This document shows, piece after piece, positions 26,522 to 35,188 of a DNA stretch of 64,000 nt. Under the pieces are notes generated by a model that did no database searches, was not told the origin of the DNA, and was given only the letters and a program-made list of their open reading frames with translations. Origin of the DNA: a virus (Duplodnaviria > Caudoviricetes); IMG/VR virus record IMGVR_UViG_3300032038_000060, positions 8,820 to 72,819 of that record; one strand, written 5' to 3'. Position 1 is the first letter of the stretch. Each line of letters begins with the position of its first letter. Both the position numbers and the translations under genes were made by a program.

Positions 26522-27085
26522 CTATCCCGCCATTGTTCTCGCCTCCGGCGTGGGCGTTTCGTCCTCCGGGAAAAGTTCCTCGTAGGGTGCCCAGTCGATG
26601 CCGTCCTTCTCAGCCCAGCCTGCCTGCTGACAGGCGAGCACGTGGTTGGTGGTGGCGACGCAGATGGCGTGCATCTCACTGGCGTCGGCAAACTCCTCAT
26701 ACACGGGTGTGTTGTCAGACAGCTCGCCAATCTTGTAGCGCAGGGGGAACGTCAGGTCGTCGGCCTGCTGGTGCATGGCGTGGAAGTCGCTCTGGTTCTC
26801 CTTCGAGAGCCATACCTTTACCGCCGTGCCTGCCTGCCCGCCGTGCTTCACGGTGTAGGCAAAGCCGCTGATGATGCGTTCGGTGGTGCGGGCGTTGATG
26901 TCGCCGATGATGGCATCCTTCACCGTTTGCAGATTCAGCTGCGATGTCTGCTTCTTCGGCAGATACACCTCCAGCCACTCGTACAGGTCTTTACTCAGTT
27001 TCTTCAAGCCGTAGCAGATGGTGATACGGCTGCCGTCTTCGCGTACTGGTGCGAAGGAGGCTTGTGTTCCGTTTACTTTGTTCAT
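26522..27085 (-). CDS. Probable tail-fibre assembly/chaperone-type protein
   Basis: 187 aa after the DGR; IDWAPY C-terminus; has its own late motif upstream. Function inferred from context. Confidence 0.5.
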   Translation of the reverse strand: MNKVNGTQASFAPVREDGSRITICYGLKKLSKDLYEWLEVYLPKKQTSQLNLQTVKDAIIGDINARTTERIISGFAYTVKHGGQAGTAVKVWLSKENQSDFHAMHQQADDLTFPLRYKIGELSDNTPVYEEFADASEMHAICVATTNHVLACQQAGWAEKDGIDWAPYEELFPEDETPTPEARTMAG

Positions 27086-27128
27086 TGCTGTTTTTAATTT
27101 TAAAATTGTTTGTGTTGAACTTTTTCCG

Positions 27129-27162
27129 TAAAATATATCTTTTTTGCTTCCGCGTCAAGGGC
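27129..27162 (-). promoter_or_regulatory. Putative phage late promoter
   Basis: GCCCTTG-N20-TATTTTA (one mismatch), just past the RT stop codon. Confidence 0.55.
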
Positions 27163-27167
27163 GCATG

Positions 27168-28418
27168 TCATGCCACTAAAGGTTTACATTTTAACATATC
27201 GGCATCGAACTCTATAATCTGTGAGATGTCGTTCGTATCAAAAATCTCGCGGCGAAGGTTATAACTGGCTGTGTGAGAGAGTATTCCAAGATAGCTGCTG
27301 ATAGTGAGGTTTGCGGATTTGACATTGCGAAGATCTATTTCCTGCATTCTAACCTTTATACGCTCCAGCGTCTTGTTACTCACATAATCACGGTACGGTT
27401 TCACAAAAGTACCCAGAAACTCTACTCCCTTATGCACCTCCTGTATATGTAGCTTGCCCATAAGTAATTCCAGCCCAAGTTCATCATATAAAAACTCTCG
27501 CACCTTTGGCACTTGGGCCAAAAGCCATTCCTTGTCAGGGTCAATCATATTGCTGTCATCAACATATCTGCCATAATGTCTGCACAAAAGGATACGCTTT
27601 ACGTATTGGTCGAACACATTCAGATAGACATTACTGAAGAGTTGTGAGGTAAGATTGCCGATTGGCAGAGCCAATCCTTTCTCGACAAAGCGCATGCACT
27701 TAGCATGGTCAATATCATCCCAGTCAGAGGGGTCGCCTACTATCTGGCAATTTTCCATCGGGTCAAGCATCACAATCTGCTCGGTGAGCCACAAGATAAA
27801 ATCGAAGTCACGTATGTCTGCCCATGTGGTTTCAGAAGTCAGTAGCACACCAGAAGGTATTGACACCTCATCGGACACACCTACTTTGTGTGTTGCCATT
27901 TTCTTTAACGAGGCCGTCGCTATCTTCAGTAACTTCTCGCGATTTATGTGCATAAAATAACCGCGAATATCAAGGCTCATAGCGTATGCTTCCTCCTGCC
28001 AATTAAGCGACGCCTCACGCACATGTTTACGAATACGTTCTATTCCATAGCCTGTTCCACGTCCCTCTATGCAAGAATAGGAGTCGGCAATAAAGGTGCG
28101 TTCAAACAGTTGGTGCGTATAGTTGAAATACAGGTGATGCACGATGCGGTCACGAAAAATTGCAGCGAACACTTCGCGTTTCTTAGGATATGTAACAACA
28201 AAGCACTTTGATGGAAGTGCTTTGTATCTGCGCATTAGCAGGTCATCACAAAGAGAATTTAGATTCTCTGCCAGATTGCGCTCGAACTTCTGCACGTACG
28301 ACATCTTGTGCTTATGCCTTGCGGCATCATAAAATGCTACATATAGGTCGTAAAGAAGTTGCTGGCGGGTAAGATGATACGTATGGCTAAGAGAGGAATT
28401 GACTGACTCGTATGTCAT
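27168..28418 (-). CDS. DGR reverse transcriptase
   Basis: KREVFAAIFRDRIVHH, LDIRGYF, LPIGNLTSQ, YGRYVDD. ATG at 28418 just after the TR. Confidence 0.95.
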   Translation of the reverse strand: MTYESVNSSLSHTYHLTRQQLLYDLYVAFYDAARHKHKMSYVQKFERNLAENLNSLCDDLLMRRYKALPSKCFVVTYPKKREVFAAIFRDRIVHHLYFNYTHQLFERTFIADSYSCIEGRGTGYGIERIRKHVREASLNWQEEAYAMSLDIRGYFMHINREKLLKIATASLKKMATHKVGVSDEVSIPSGVLLTSETTWADIRDFDFILWLTEQIVMLDPMENCQIVGDPSDWDDIDHAKCMRFVEKGLALPIGNLTSQLFSNVYLNVFDQYVKRILLCRHYGRYVDDSNMIDPDKEWLLAQVPKVREFLYDELGLELLMGKLHIQEVHKGVEFLGTFVKPYRDYVSNKTLERIKVRMQEIDLRNVKSANLTISSYLGILSHTASYNLRREIFDTNDISQIIEFDADMLKCKPLVA

Positions 28419-28430
28419 CGTAGATAAGGG

Positions 28431-28610
28431 CTGGACTGGACGCACAGGGAAACCGTTGTACCGGTTGTTGTTGTTCTGTGGATTGACACCACCACTGTTG
28501 AAGTTCAGGTTGCGGGCATTACGACTGCTGTTGAACGTAGAAGACCAGTAGTTCCCGTTTGAACCGCGATTATTGCGAGACGTACCATTACCGTTGCCAG
28601 AGCAGGCAAT
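28431..28610 (-). repeat. DGR template repeat (TR)
   Basis: 180 bp aligning without gaps to 29508-29687; 17 mismatches, all at TR adenines of the coding strand; 17 Asn (AAY) codons. Confidence 0.95.
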
Positions 28611-28819
28611 CGGGAAAATATACCTCAAAACAAAACCTGCATACGTCCTGAGTAATGCGTCGGTTGTTACCTATATGGCAGCAAGGAAGAACACTGGGAG
28701 CCACCTTGCGTCTTTACTTTTTCCCACATCCTACGGATGGAGGACGAACAACCTATGAACTTGTCTAATTCCTGACATCGGACTTTCCTTGTCTTTTTAT
28801 CACTTTACGTATCTTATAG

Positions 28820-29395
28820 TTACAATATTGCAGAGACCTGCTGTTTAAGCGATTGAATAAACTGGATATTGTCAACTGCCGTCCGTTCACTAAGGGGATA
28901 AGACATAATTTGCGAAAGCATACCACCCGACGGCTTTTGTTCCTGCTGGTGCGTGATTTCCACTATTTTCCCCTTTTTCTTTTCAGTAACTTTTATACTT
29001 TCTTTCCAACTCCCAAAATTATTAACGAGGCTGTCTTCTGTGAGCTCGCTACCTTCATCTGGTTGGGGCAAGGCAACAGTTATGATAATATGGCTATCAT
29101 CAATGCTCTCAAAATTCTGGCGATTCGGAATGAATTTCTCAATCGAACGAAGCGGAAAGCCAACACTGCAGTATGTACCATTTTCGTCAGCCAGGTTCAT
29201 TCTGGAAACCTTTAGCGGCCTCCGTGATTTTGTATTCATCCTGGCCTCTTCGGTATAGGTGACAGTAGCAATGAGCCAAGCGCTCCATTCATACGCTTTC
29301 CAGAAATCACCTTGCTTGAACAAATGGATTTTATTCCATGTTGACGATTCTTTGCGTTCGCTTTCGATCGCCAAGCACTCTGTAAGTTGCGCCAT
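28820..29395 (-). CDS. DGR accessory protein, MutS-N-like (MSL) type
   Basis: IHLFKQGDFWKAYEWSA resembles the MutS mismatch-recognition domain. Lies between the target gene and the TR. Confidence 0.7.
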   Translation of the reverse strand: MAQLTECLAIESERKESSTWNKIHLFKQGDFWKAYEWSAWLIATVTYTEEARMNTKSRRPLKVSRMNLADENGTYCSVGFPLRSIEKFIPNRQNFESIDDSHIIITVALPQPDEGSELTEDSLVNNFGSWKESIKVTEKKKGKIVEITHQQEQKPSGGMLSQIMSYPLSERTAVDNIQFIQSLKQQVSAIL

Positions 29396-29423
29396 ATTTT
29401 TTTCTTTTGTTATTTACACGTCG

Positions 29424-29494
29424 CTCACACTTTCACCCACACCGCGCCGCGCCTTGTGGGGGCGCGACATAGCGCGGTGGGATAAAAGTGTGAG
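29424..29494. promoter_or_regulatory. Long hairpin/cruciform downstream of the VR (DGR target-recognition element)
   Basis: Nested inverted repeats CTCACACTTT/AAAGTGTGAG, ACCGCGC/GCGCGGT and CGCGCC/GGCGCG, 10 nt past the target stop codon. Confidence 0.75.
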
Positions 29495-29504
29495 AATTGA
29501 CAAG

Positions 29505-31664
29505 TTACTGGACTGGACGCACAGGGAAACCGTAGTACCGGTAGTTGTTGTTCTGTGGATTGACACCACCACTGCTGAAGGACAGGCCGCGGGCACTACG
29601 ACTGCTGTAGAACGTAGAAGACCAGTAGTTCCCGCCTGAACCGCGAACATAGCGAGACGTACCACTACCGTAGCCAGAGCAGGCAAAGAACAATCGCGCA
29701 CCATTTATCTTGCTCTCAATGTAAAGACCTCTAATGCCATTAACTATTACACGCTTATCGGTTTTGGTTGTATCTACTTCTGTTCCATCAGCGTTTATAT
29801 AGATGATATTGTTGAAGAGCTCAACAAATTCTTCTCTGGTAGGCATACGCCAAGGAGCACCGAGATTGGCACGTGCTGCATCAAACTCTTCTCCGACAGC
29901 GATATTACCTGTTAGGGTATTACCCTTGGTGCTGCCATACACCTGTCCTTCATAGTAAGGTTCAGCATCGTTAACTCCTCCCCAATTCCAAGGACTGAAG
30001 GAACTGTCACTTGTCGGATTGTGACCATCAATGTTTCCCCAACTGAAGAATGTCTTCTCATATACAAAAGGTGTATCACAAAAACCACCTGGCTTTGTAA
30101 TATCTATATCTCTTGCAGCCCATTTCACTCCACTTGGTAAACCCATATCAACAATCAATGCGGCTGGGTCAAAGGATGCATCAGGACAGAACATATTGAC
30201 AATATTCCACGCTGTGCCGGCGTACACCAATGTTACGTAGGTTTGTGCTTTGATGACACCGGCAGGCAATTTCTGCCCAAGAATATGGATAGGTTTCGCA
30301 CCTGTCATGCTCACGTTGAGCGTTGCGTTCTCTGTGTTGATTGGCGTGGTGAAGAGTACATTTATAGTACCGTTCTCCAATAGCACAAATTGAGGGATAG
30401 CAACCATCTTTGCTGCATCATAGGTGCCGGTCGAGCAGATGCCGTAGCCGAGACTGACGGCAGCGGCAGAAGTGCGCAGCACGTTCAGACGGGGAGCGGC
30501 ATTGGCCAGCGAATCGGCGACGTTCTGTGCATATTCGCAGATGAAGGTGGCCTCGCCTTCTGCACCCTCCTTCATTTCCACGCCCACATCGTTCAGCGCA
30601 TAGTCGCTGGAGAGGTTGACGGTGGCAATGGCAGGGATTTCCTTCTCATAGCGCACAGCACCGCTGATGGCAGTAGCGTTGGTGTCGCTGTAGCTGACGG
30701 TCGTACCATTGACTGACAGTGCCTGCTCTGAACCTTCAATCATGGCTGAGCCAGAGGCGGCAATGCCGCTGATAACCAGCGAGTGTGTGTAGGTCTGTGT
30801 CTCACCTTCCTCCACCTCGTCGGGGGTGTCGGTCCATACAGGCGAAGCGATGCGTGCAATCGGATCGGTAATCTGCCACTGGCTTGCACTGATGCGCTCT
30901 GCGACGGTCTTGGCACGTCCGCAAACGAGGAACTTGCCTGTGCCATTAGGTGCTGCAGCGAACAGTGCGCTCAGGCTCAGGCTGCCGCCGAGGTCGTCTT
31001 CTGCCGTAGGACTGATAAACTTGTTGTACCAATCCTCCCAGGCGATGCGGGCACAAGTCTCGGCATAGATGATGCCGCTGACGATGATATAGCCAGGGCC
31101 GCTGGTGGTATATACCTTATAGGTGTTGCCGTTATAGGTAACTGTCTGAGGCGTGAGGGCAATGCCGTCGTTTACGGCTGTAGGTACACCACTTTCGGGA
31201 GCCTTGAAATAGATGGTGGCATTCTGGATATTCGAGCCGTCCTGAGCCACGAGAATCATTCCGTTGTTCTCGTCGGTCGTTCCGAAGGTGCCGAGTGTCA
31301 GCTTAGGCACGGGGAAATACCAACCGGCACCCACGGCCACCGCACCGCCTCCGTTTGTCTTCAGGCGCAACTGGTTCTCAGCTGTTGCCAACAGTCCTGT
31401 ACACTTGAAGTCAGTGACAGGCACGATGCTCTTCAGCACACCGCCATCATCGCTGTTGATGGGGTCGTTGCCAGCCGTCGTGCGGACGGTATCGTCGAAA
31501 TCGTTCTCTACAGGGAGGTTCTCCTCCGCCCACGATTCGAGATTACCAGCATTCAGGTCGGGGTAGGACCCGTCTGTGCTCGCCTTCTTAGGCATTTCTG
31601 TTTTCATCAACTCATCATGGTAAGCACCAAGCAAGCCTTCATTGATTAAATCTGTCTGTGCCAT
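29505..31664 (-). CDS. DGR target: receptor-binding/adhesin protein with a C-terminal CLec-like domain
   Basis: VDMGLPSGVKWA..FFSWGN..WRMPTREEF..GNYWSST..GFPVRPVQ, with the VR at the C-terminus. Confidence 0.9.
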   Translation of the reverse strand: MAQTDLINEGLLGAYHDELMKTEMPKKASTDGSYPDLNAGNLESWAEENLPVENDFDDTVRTTAGNDPINSDDGGVLKSIVPVTDFKCTGLLATAENQLRLKTNGGGAVAVGAGWYFPVPKLTLGTFGTTDENNGMILVAQDGSNIQNATIYFKAPESGVPTAVNDGIALTPQTVTYNGNTYKVYTTSGPGYIIVSGIIYAETCARIAWEDWYNKFISPTAEDDLGGSLSLSALFAAAPNGTGKFLVCGRAKTVAERISASQWQITDPIARIASPVWTDTPDEVEEGETQTYTHSLVISGIAASGSAMIEGSEQALSVNGTTVSYSDTNATAISGAVRYEKEIPAIATVNLSSDYALNDVGVEMKEGAEGEATFICEYAQNVADSLANAAPRLNVLRTSAAAVSLGYGICSTGTYDAAKMVAIPQFVLLENGTINVLFTTPINTENATLNVSMTGAKPIHILGQKLPAGVIKAQTYVTLVYAGTAWNIVNMFCPDASFDPAALIVDMGLPSGVKWAARDIDITKPGGFCDTPFVYEKTFFSWGNIDGHNPTSDSSFSPWNWGGVNDAEPYYEGQVYGSTKGNTLTGNIAVGEEFDAARANLGAPWRMPTREEFVELFNNIIYINADGTEVDTTKTDKRVIVNGIRGLYIESKINGARLFFACSGYGSGTSRYVRGSGGNYWSSTFYSSRSARGLSFSSGGVNPQNNNYRYYGFPVRPVQ
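29508..29687 (-). repeat. DGR variable repeat (VR)
   Basis: 3' end of the target gene. 12 of the 17 TR Asn codons are changed to Y/S/G/V. Confidence 0.95.
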
Positions 31665-31703
31665 AATTCAATATGTTTTTGTTGTTAATAAAATTGTCGA
31701 TGT

Positions 31704-32144
31704 CTATGCGCTTGGAGTATAGTTCTTCACTATATTCCTTACGTTACTTTCTGTTGCTACGGCTGGCAGTTCTGCCGTCACCACAGCGTCGAGTGCAGCC
31801 TGTGCCGCTTCATTAGCTGCCTGAGCAGCACTGTTAGCGCCTTGCGCCGCCGTGTTAGCCTGGCCTGCCTTGTCGCTGGCAAGGGTGGCCGCACTTCTGG
31901 CATCAGCGGCAGCGGCGTCGGCATCGGCAGCAGCCTGCGTGGCCACCTTGCCATTGAGAGCCTTATGCCACTTGGTAGCGCTGTCTGAAGGTGTTTCAGT
32001 GTTCTGGTTGTCAAGGCTTATCCAGTAGCAGTTGTCTTTTGTCACGCCGTCCAGATACTCGTAGCCCTGACCGCTGTTGTAGGATGCCGACCAGTCACCC
32101 CTGTCGGTATATCCTATCTTTCCAAAGTCTAAATCTGTTCCCAT
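31704..32144 (-). CDS. Small fibre-region protein
   Basis: DFGKIGYTDRGDW, Ala-rich coil, C-terminal ATESNVRNIVKNY. Confidence 0.7.
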   Translation of the reverse strand: MGTDLDFGKIGYTDRGDWSASYNSGQGYEYLDGVTKDNCYWISLDNQNTETPSDSATKWHKALNGKVATQAAADADAAAADARSAATLASDKAGQANTAAQGANSAAQAANEAAQAALDAVVTAELPAVATESNVRNIVKNYTPSA

Positions 32145-32171
32145 ATATTCTATGTCATTTAAATGTTATTA

Positions 32172-32417
32172 CTACGTCGTCTGGTGCATGATGAGGTGGC
32201 CGTTCACCACCTCGAACGTGCCGTCGGCAGGGTTTCGACCCTTCAGGTGCATGTCGGCAGGGTCAACGTAAAGTCTGAACATCGACGCCAGCGCCATGTT
32301 GTCTACCTCCGCTTTAGTATAGGTGTCCTGCTTGGTGGCGAACTCGTCTTCCAGTTTCTCCTTGAACCGCCCGAGCCGTCGGGTGGTTACATACTTTGTG
32401 GGATTCGTTATTGCCAT
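32172..32417 (-). CDS. Small fibre-region protein
   Basis: N-terminal AITNPTKYVTTRRLGRF. Start at the ATG at 32417. Confidence 0.7.
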   Translation of the reverse strand: MAITNPTKYVTTRRLGRFKEKLEDEFATKQDTYTKAEVDNMALASMFRLYVDPADMHLKGRNPADGTFEVVNGHLIMHQTT

Positions 32418-32500
32418 AATCTTTTTCAAATTGAAAATTGAAAATTAAAAATTGAAGCTCCGTGGGGAGTCGAACCCCACGAAGCCAATGAGAAAGAGAT

Positions 32501-33388
32501 TTAGCTGAAGATGCTGTCGATGTCGTCGTCAGAGCACTCGTTGATACCAGCGAGCTTTTCAGCCTGAGCAGCGGTCATAAGACCGTTGTTGCCACCTACG
32601 CCAGAGGTGGAAGCAGAAACGACCTTCACACCCTTCTTGGTAGCGGTGATGACACCGTTAGCGTCCTGACTGATAGAGTCGATGAACTCGTCGTCAGTAC
32701 CGTCAGCAGATGGGTCGTTGACAGCTGTCTGCACGGTCTTGTAGTTACCAGCAGCCTGGAAGTCAGAAGGCTTGCAGCTACCATCGACAGGGTTGCCGTT
32801 CTCGTCGAACACAGCGAAGTTGCCAGTAACGGCGTCGGTGTCCTTGTCGGCCTTGCCAGAGATATCCTGGTGCTCAACAACTACGCGCTGAGTCAGACCA
32901 CTCTTCAGGGTGATGTCCTTCTTGGTGCTGTCGCCAGAAACGGCTTCAACAGCCATCTCACTCTTCAGAGCGTAGCCTGAGAGGTCGTACATACCCTGGA
33001 AGATGTCGTACTTGTAAGAAGGCTCAGCAGCTGTGCCTACGTTTGCCACGTAGATGTTTGCACCTGCAGGGATGCTCTTGCCAGCACCTTCTGCAAAGTC
33101 AGCAGTTGTTGTGAACGCATCGCTGATGTTCCACATAAAGCCCAGGTTACCGGCAGCGAGGTCGGTAGAAGGAGCAAGTTGCGAGAACGTGCGAGTTCCC
33201 TTTGGAATGATAGCAGAAGGGATAGCTTGAATCTTGCCAAGGAGTTCAGCAAGAGCAGCCTCTACGGTTTCTGCATTAAGACCTGTGATGGCGGTAATCG
33301 CCTGTGTCTGATACTTAGCGGCGAGCTTGGACTCGAAACGGCTAAGCCTTTGTACGCTAACGTACTTTGTAGGATTTGTTAATGCCAT
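32501..33388 (-). CDS. Fibre-like virion protein
   Basis: N-terminal ALTNPTKYVSVQRLSRF; ISGKADK, GLMTAAQAEKL and C-terminal DDDIDSIF. Confidence 0.75.
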   Translation of the reverse strand: MALTNPTKYVSVQRLSRFESKLAAKYQTQAITAITGLNAETVEAALAELLGKIQAIPSAIIPKGTRTFSQLAPSTDLAAGNLGFMWNISDAFTTTADFAEGAGKSIPAGANIYVANVGTAAEPSYKYDIFQGMYDLSGYALKSEMAVEAVSGDSTKKDITLKSGLTQRVVVEHQDISGKADKDTDAVTGNFAVFDENGNPVDGSCKPSDFQAAGNYKTVQTAVNDPSADGTDDEFIDSISQDANGVITATKKGVKVVSASTSGVGGNNGLMTAAQAEKLAGINECSDDDIDSIFS

Positions 33389-33515
33389 AGTGGTAAACAA
33401 ATTTTGAGGTTAATAATTGAGTAAACAAAATATCTGGGGGCGGTAGTTATCCGCCAATACAGATTATTTCCAAGCGGCAGGGAATTGTGCGGAGTAAATT
33501 CTTAACTCTTCACTT

Positions 33516-33776
33516 TTAACTCTTAACTCCCTCTGCCTCTCCTGCCTGTACTTTGGCAGGAACCTTCATTGCGACGAACAGTTGTCCGTCAGCATCCTGC
33601 ATCAGCATCTGCTTCTGCCCGCTTTCCTCGCAGTAGTCGTTGAAGAACTTCGTGAACATCGTCATGATGTCATTGCCCGTGAGCTTGTAGGCTCCCTTTG
33701 CGGGCTTACCGTTCTTACACATGCGGCCTACATAGAAGCCGTCTTCCTGCTGAAAAATGTCTAATGCCTGTGCCAT
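33516..33776 (-). CDS. Hypothetical protein (86 aa)
   Basis: In the leftward late operon. Confidence 0.65.
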   Translation of the reverse strand: MAQALDIFQQEDGFYVGRMCKNGKPAKGAYKLTGNDIMTMFTKFFNDYCEESGQKQMLMQDADGQLFVAMKVPAKVQAGEAEGVKS

Positions 33777-33784
33777 AGTTTTTT

Positions 33785-34015
33785 TTATTGTTTATTGTTG
33801 AAGATGCTGTCGATATCATCCTCGGCAGCCTCGATGTCAGGAGAAAGGTCTTCCTGATGAACACCTCCGTCGATAATCTCCTCTGTGCCCACGCTGTCGG
33901 GACCAGGCTTGCCGCCCTCATGGTCTTCCGGCCAGATAACCGGCACCTGACGTATGCCCCAGCCAAACTCGCGGAGGTCAATCCAAATCTTCTCGAATCT
34001 GTCTTCCTTGTCCAT
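33785..34015 (-). CDS. Small acidic protein ending AAEDDIDSIF
   Basis: 76 aa; shares the C-terminal motif. Confidence 0.65.
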   Translation of the reverse strand: MDKEDRFEKIWIDLREFGWGIRQVPVIWPEDHEGGKPGPDSVGTEEIIDGGVHQEDLSPDIEAAEDDIDSIFNNKQ

Positions 34016-34020
34016 AGTCG

Positions 34021-34704
34021 TTATGAATTAAAGATTTCGTCGATGTCCTCGTCTGTGGCCTCGTTGTCCTGGTCGTGTTCTTCGATGTCCTGCTGAATCT
34101 TCTGAGGGATGGTCTCGTCATCGCTTATTCCCTGTGCAGCATCGAGCATTTCGGGAACAGTGTCGATGACACCGTTAGGGTCACGGCCTTCCCATTTCTC
34201 CAGGAACTCGTCGCCAGTCATCTTCATTCTTATTTTTCCCATATCTTCTATCTGTTGTGATTTGTCTGAATGAAAACATATGCGCTTGCCGTCACTTGTC
34301 AGTATATACTTTCCGTCACAGTCGCAGAGGTATTCGTCACCATCGACGCTTACCGTCCACACCTGCTCATACTGCACCACGTGCTCGCATTTGCAATGGC
34401 ACGTCTTACCGAGGTAGCCCACACGGCACAGCTCCTGCGCATCGGTGAAGTCGCGCCGCTGGTCGTCGTAGTCCTCGTCCTCATAGCGCCCGTGAAAGTA
34501 GGCGTAATAGATACCTCGCTTGACATTATCCATCACGAAATACCAACTGCCCTCATCATCCCAAAAGCAGTCGCTCTTCGTCAAGTTATACCTCACACGT
34601 CCGCACTGGTCCTTAATCTTTATCTCGAAGTTATCCTCCGAAAGATTAAAGTCCGGCTGCGTCGTGGTGATACGGAACTTTAGGTCAGTACCGGGGTAAA
34701 TCAT
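34021..34704 (-). CDS. Virion protein with a beta-rich N-domain, ending ATDEDIDEIF
   Basis: YPGTDLKFRI..DNFEIKIKD resembles the N-terminus of 36471-36887. Confidence 0.7.
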   Translation of the reverse strand: MIYPGTDLKFRITTTQPDFNLSEDNFEIKIKDQCGRVRYNLTKSDCFWDDEGSWYFVMDNVKRGIYYAYFHGRYEDEDYDDQRRDFTDAQELCRVGYLGKTCHCKCEHVVQYEQVWTVSVDGDEYLCDCDGKYILTSDGKRICFHSDKSQQIEDMGKIRMKMTGDEFLEKWEGRDPNGVIDTVPEMLDAAQGISDDETIPQKIQQDIEEHDQDNEATDEDIDEIFNS

Positions 34705-34740
34705 TTTTCAAGTTGAGAGTTGAAAGTTGATAGTTGACAG

Positions 34741-35031
34741 TTACTCACCGGATTCCTCTTCTTCCTCTTCCGGTTCGGGTTCAAGCTCTGGTTCAGCGTC
34801 TGGACTCCAATTCTTCACGATGCCACGAACTCCCTCTTCGCTGGCCATCTTTAGGTTCTCCTTGGCTACATAACTGCCCAGCGCTTCATGTACTGCACCA
34901 CTACTAATCATGTTACCACTCTCTGCTGTTGGCTCAGCATCGGCGTTGTTTACCTTGTCGAGTAATGCCTCTACCTCGTCTTTGGTCCTGTACTTCATGT
35001 AGCGAGGATCTACTGTTACGTTGTTTCCCAT
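34741..35031 (-). CDS. Small fibre-region protein
   Basis: ASEEGVRGIVKNW motif and acidic tail. First gene behind the late motif. Confidence 0.7.
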   Translation of the reverse strand: MGNNVTVDPRYMKYRTKDEVEALLDKVNNADAEPTAESGNMISSGAVHEALGSYVAKENLKMASEEGVRGIVKNWSPDAEPELEPEPEEEEEESGE

Positions 35032-35063
35032 ACTTCAAAAATTTTGCGTTTGTGTTTTTGTTT

Positions 35064-35097
35064 CAAAATAGGATTTTACCTCCCCGAAGTCAAGGGC
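35064..35097 (-). promoter_or_regulatory. Putative phage late promoter
   Basis: GCCCTTG-N20-TATTTTG. Confidence 0.75.
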
Positions 35098-35131
35098 AGA
35101 GAATTTGTATCAGTTTTATGCTGACGACCCT

Positions 35132-35165
35132 GCCCTTGACCTCGCACATGTTTGGCGCTATTTTG
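35132..35165 (+). promoter_or_regulatory. Putative phage late promoter
   Basis: GCCCTTG-N20-TATTTTG, back-to-back with 35064-35097. Confidence 0.75.
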
Positions 35166-35188
35166 CGGAAAAAAGAAACAGCAAAAAT

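Noticed and set aside
32457-32490. Possible tRNA gene
   Set aside because: Only a T-arm-like hairpin; no acceptor, D or anticodon arms.
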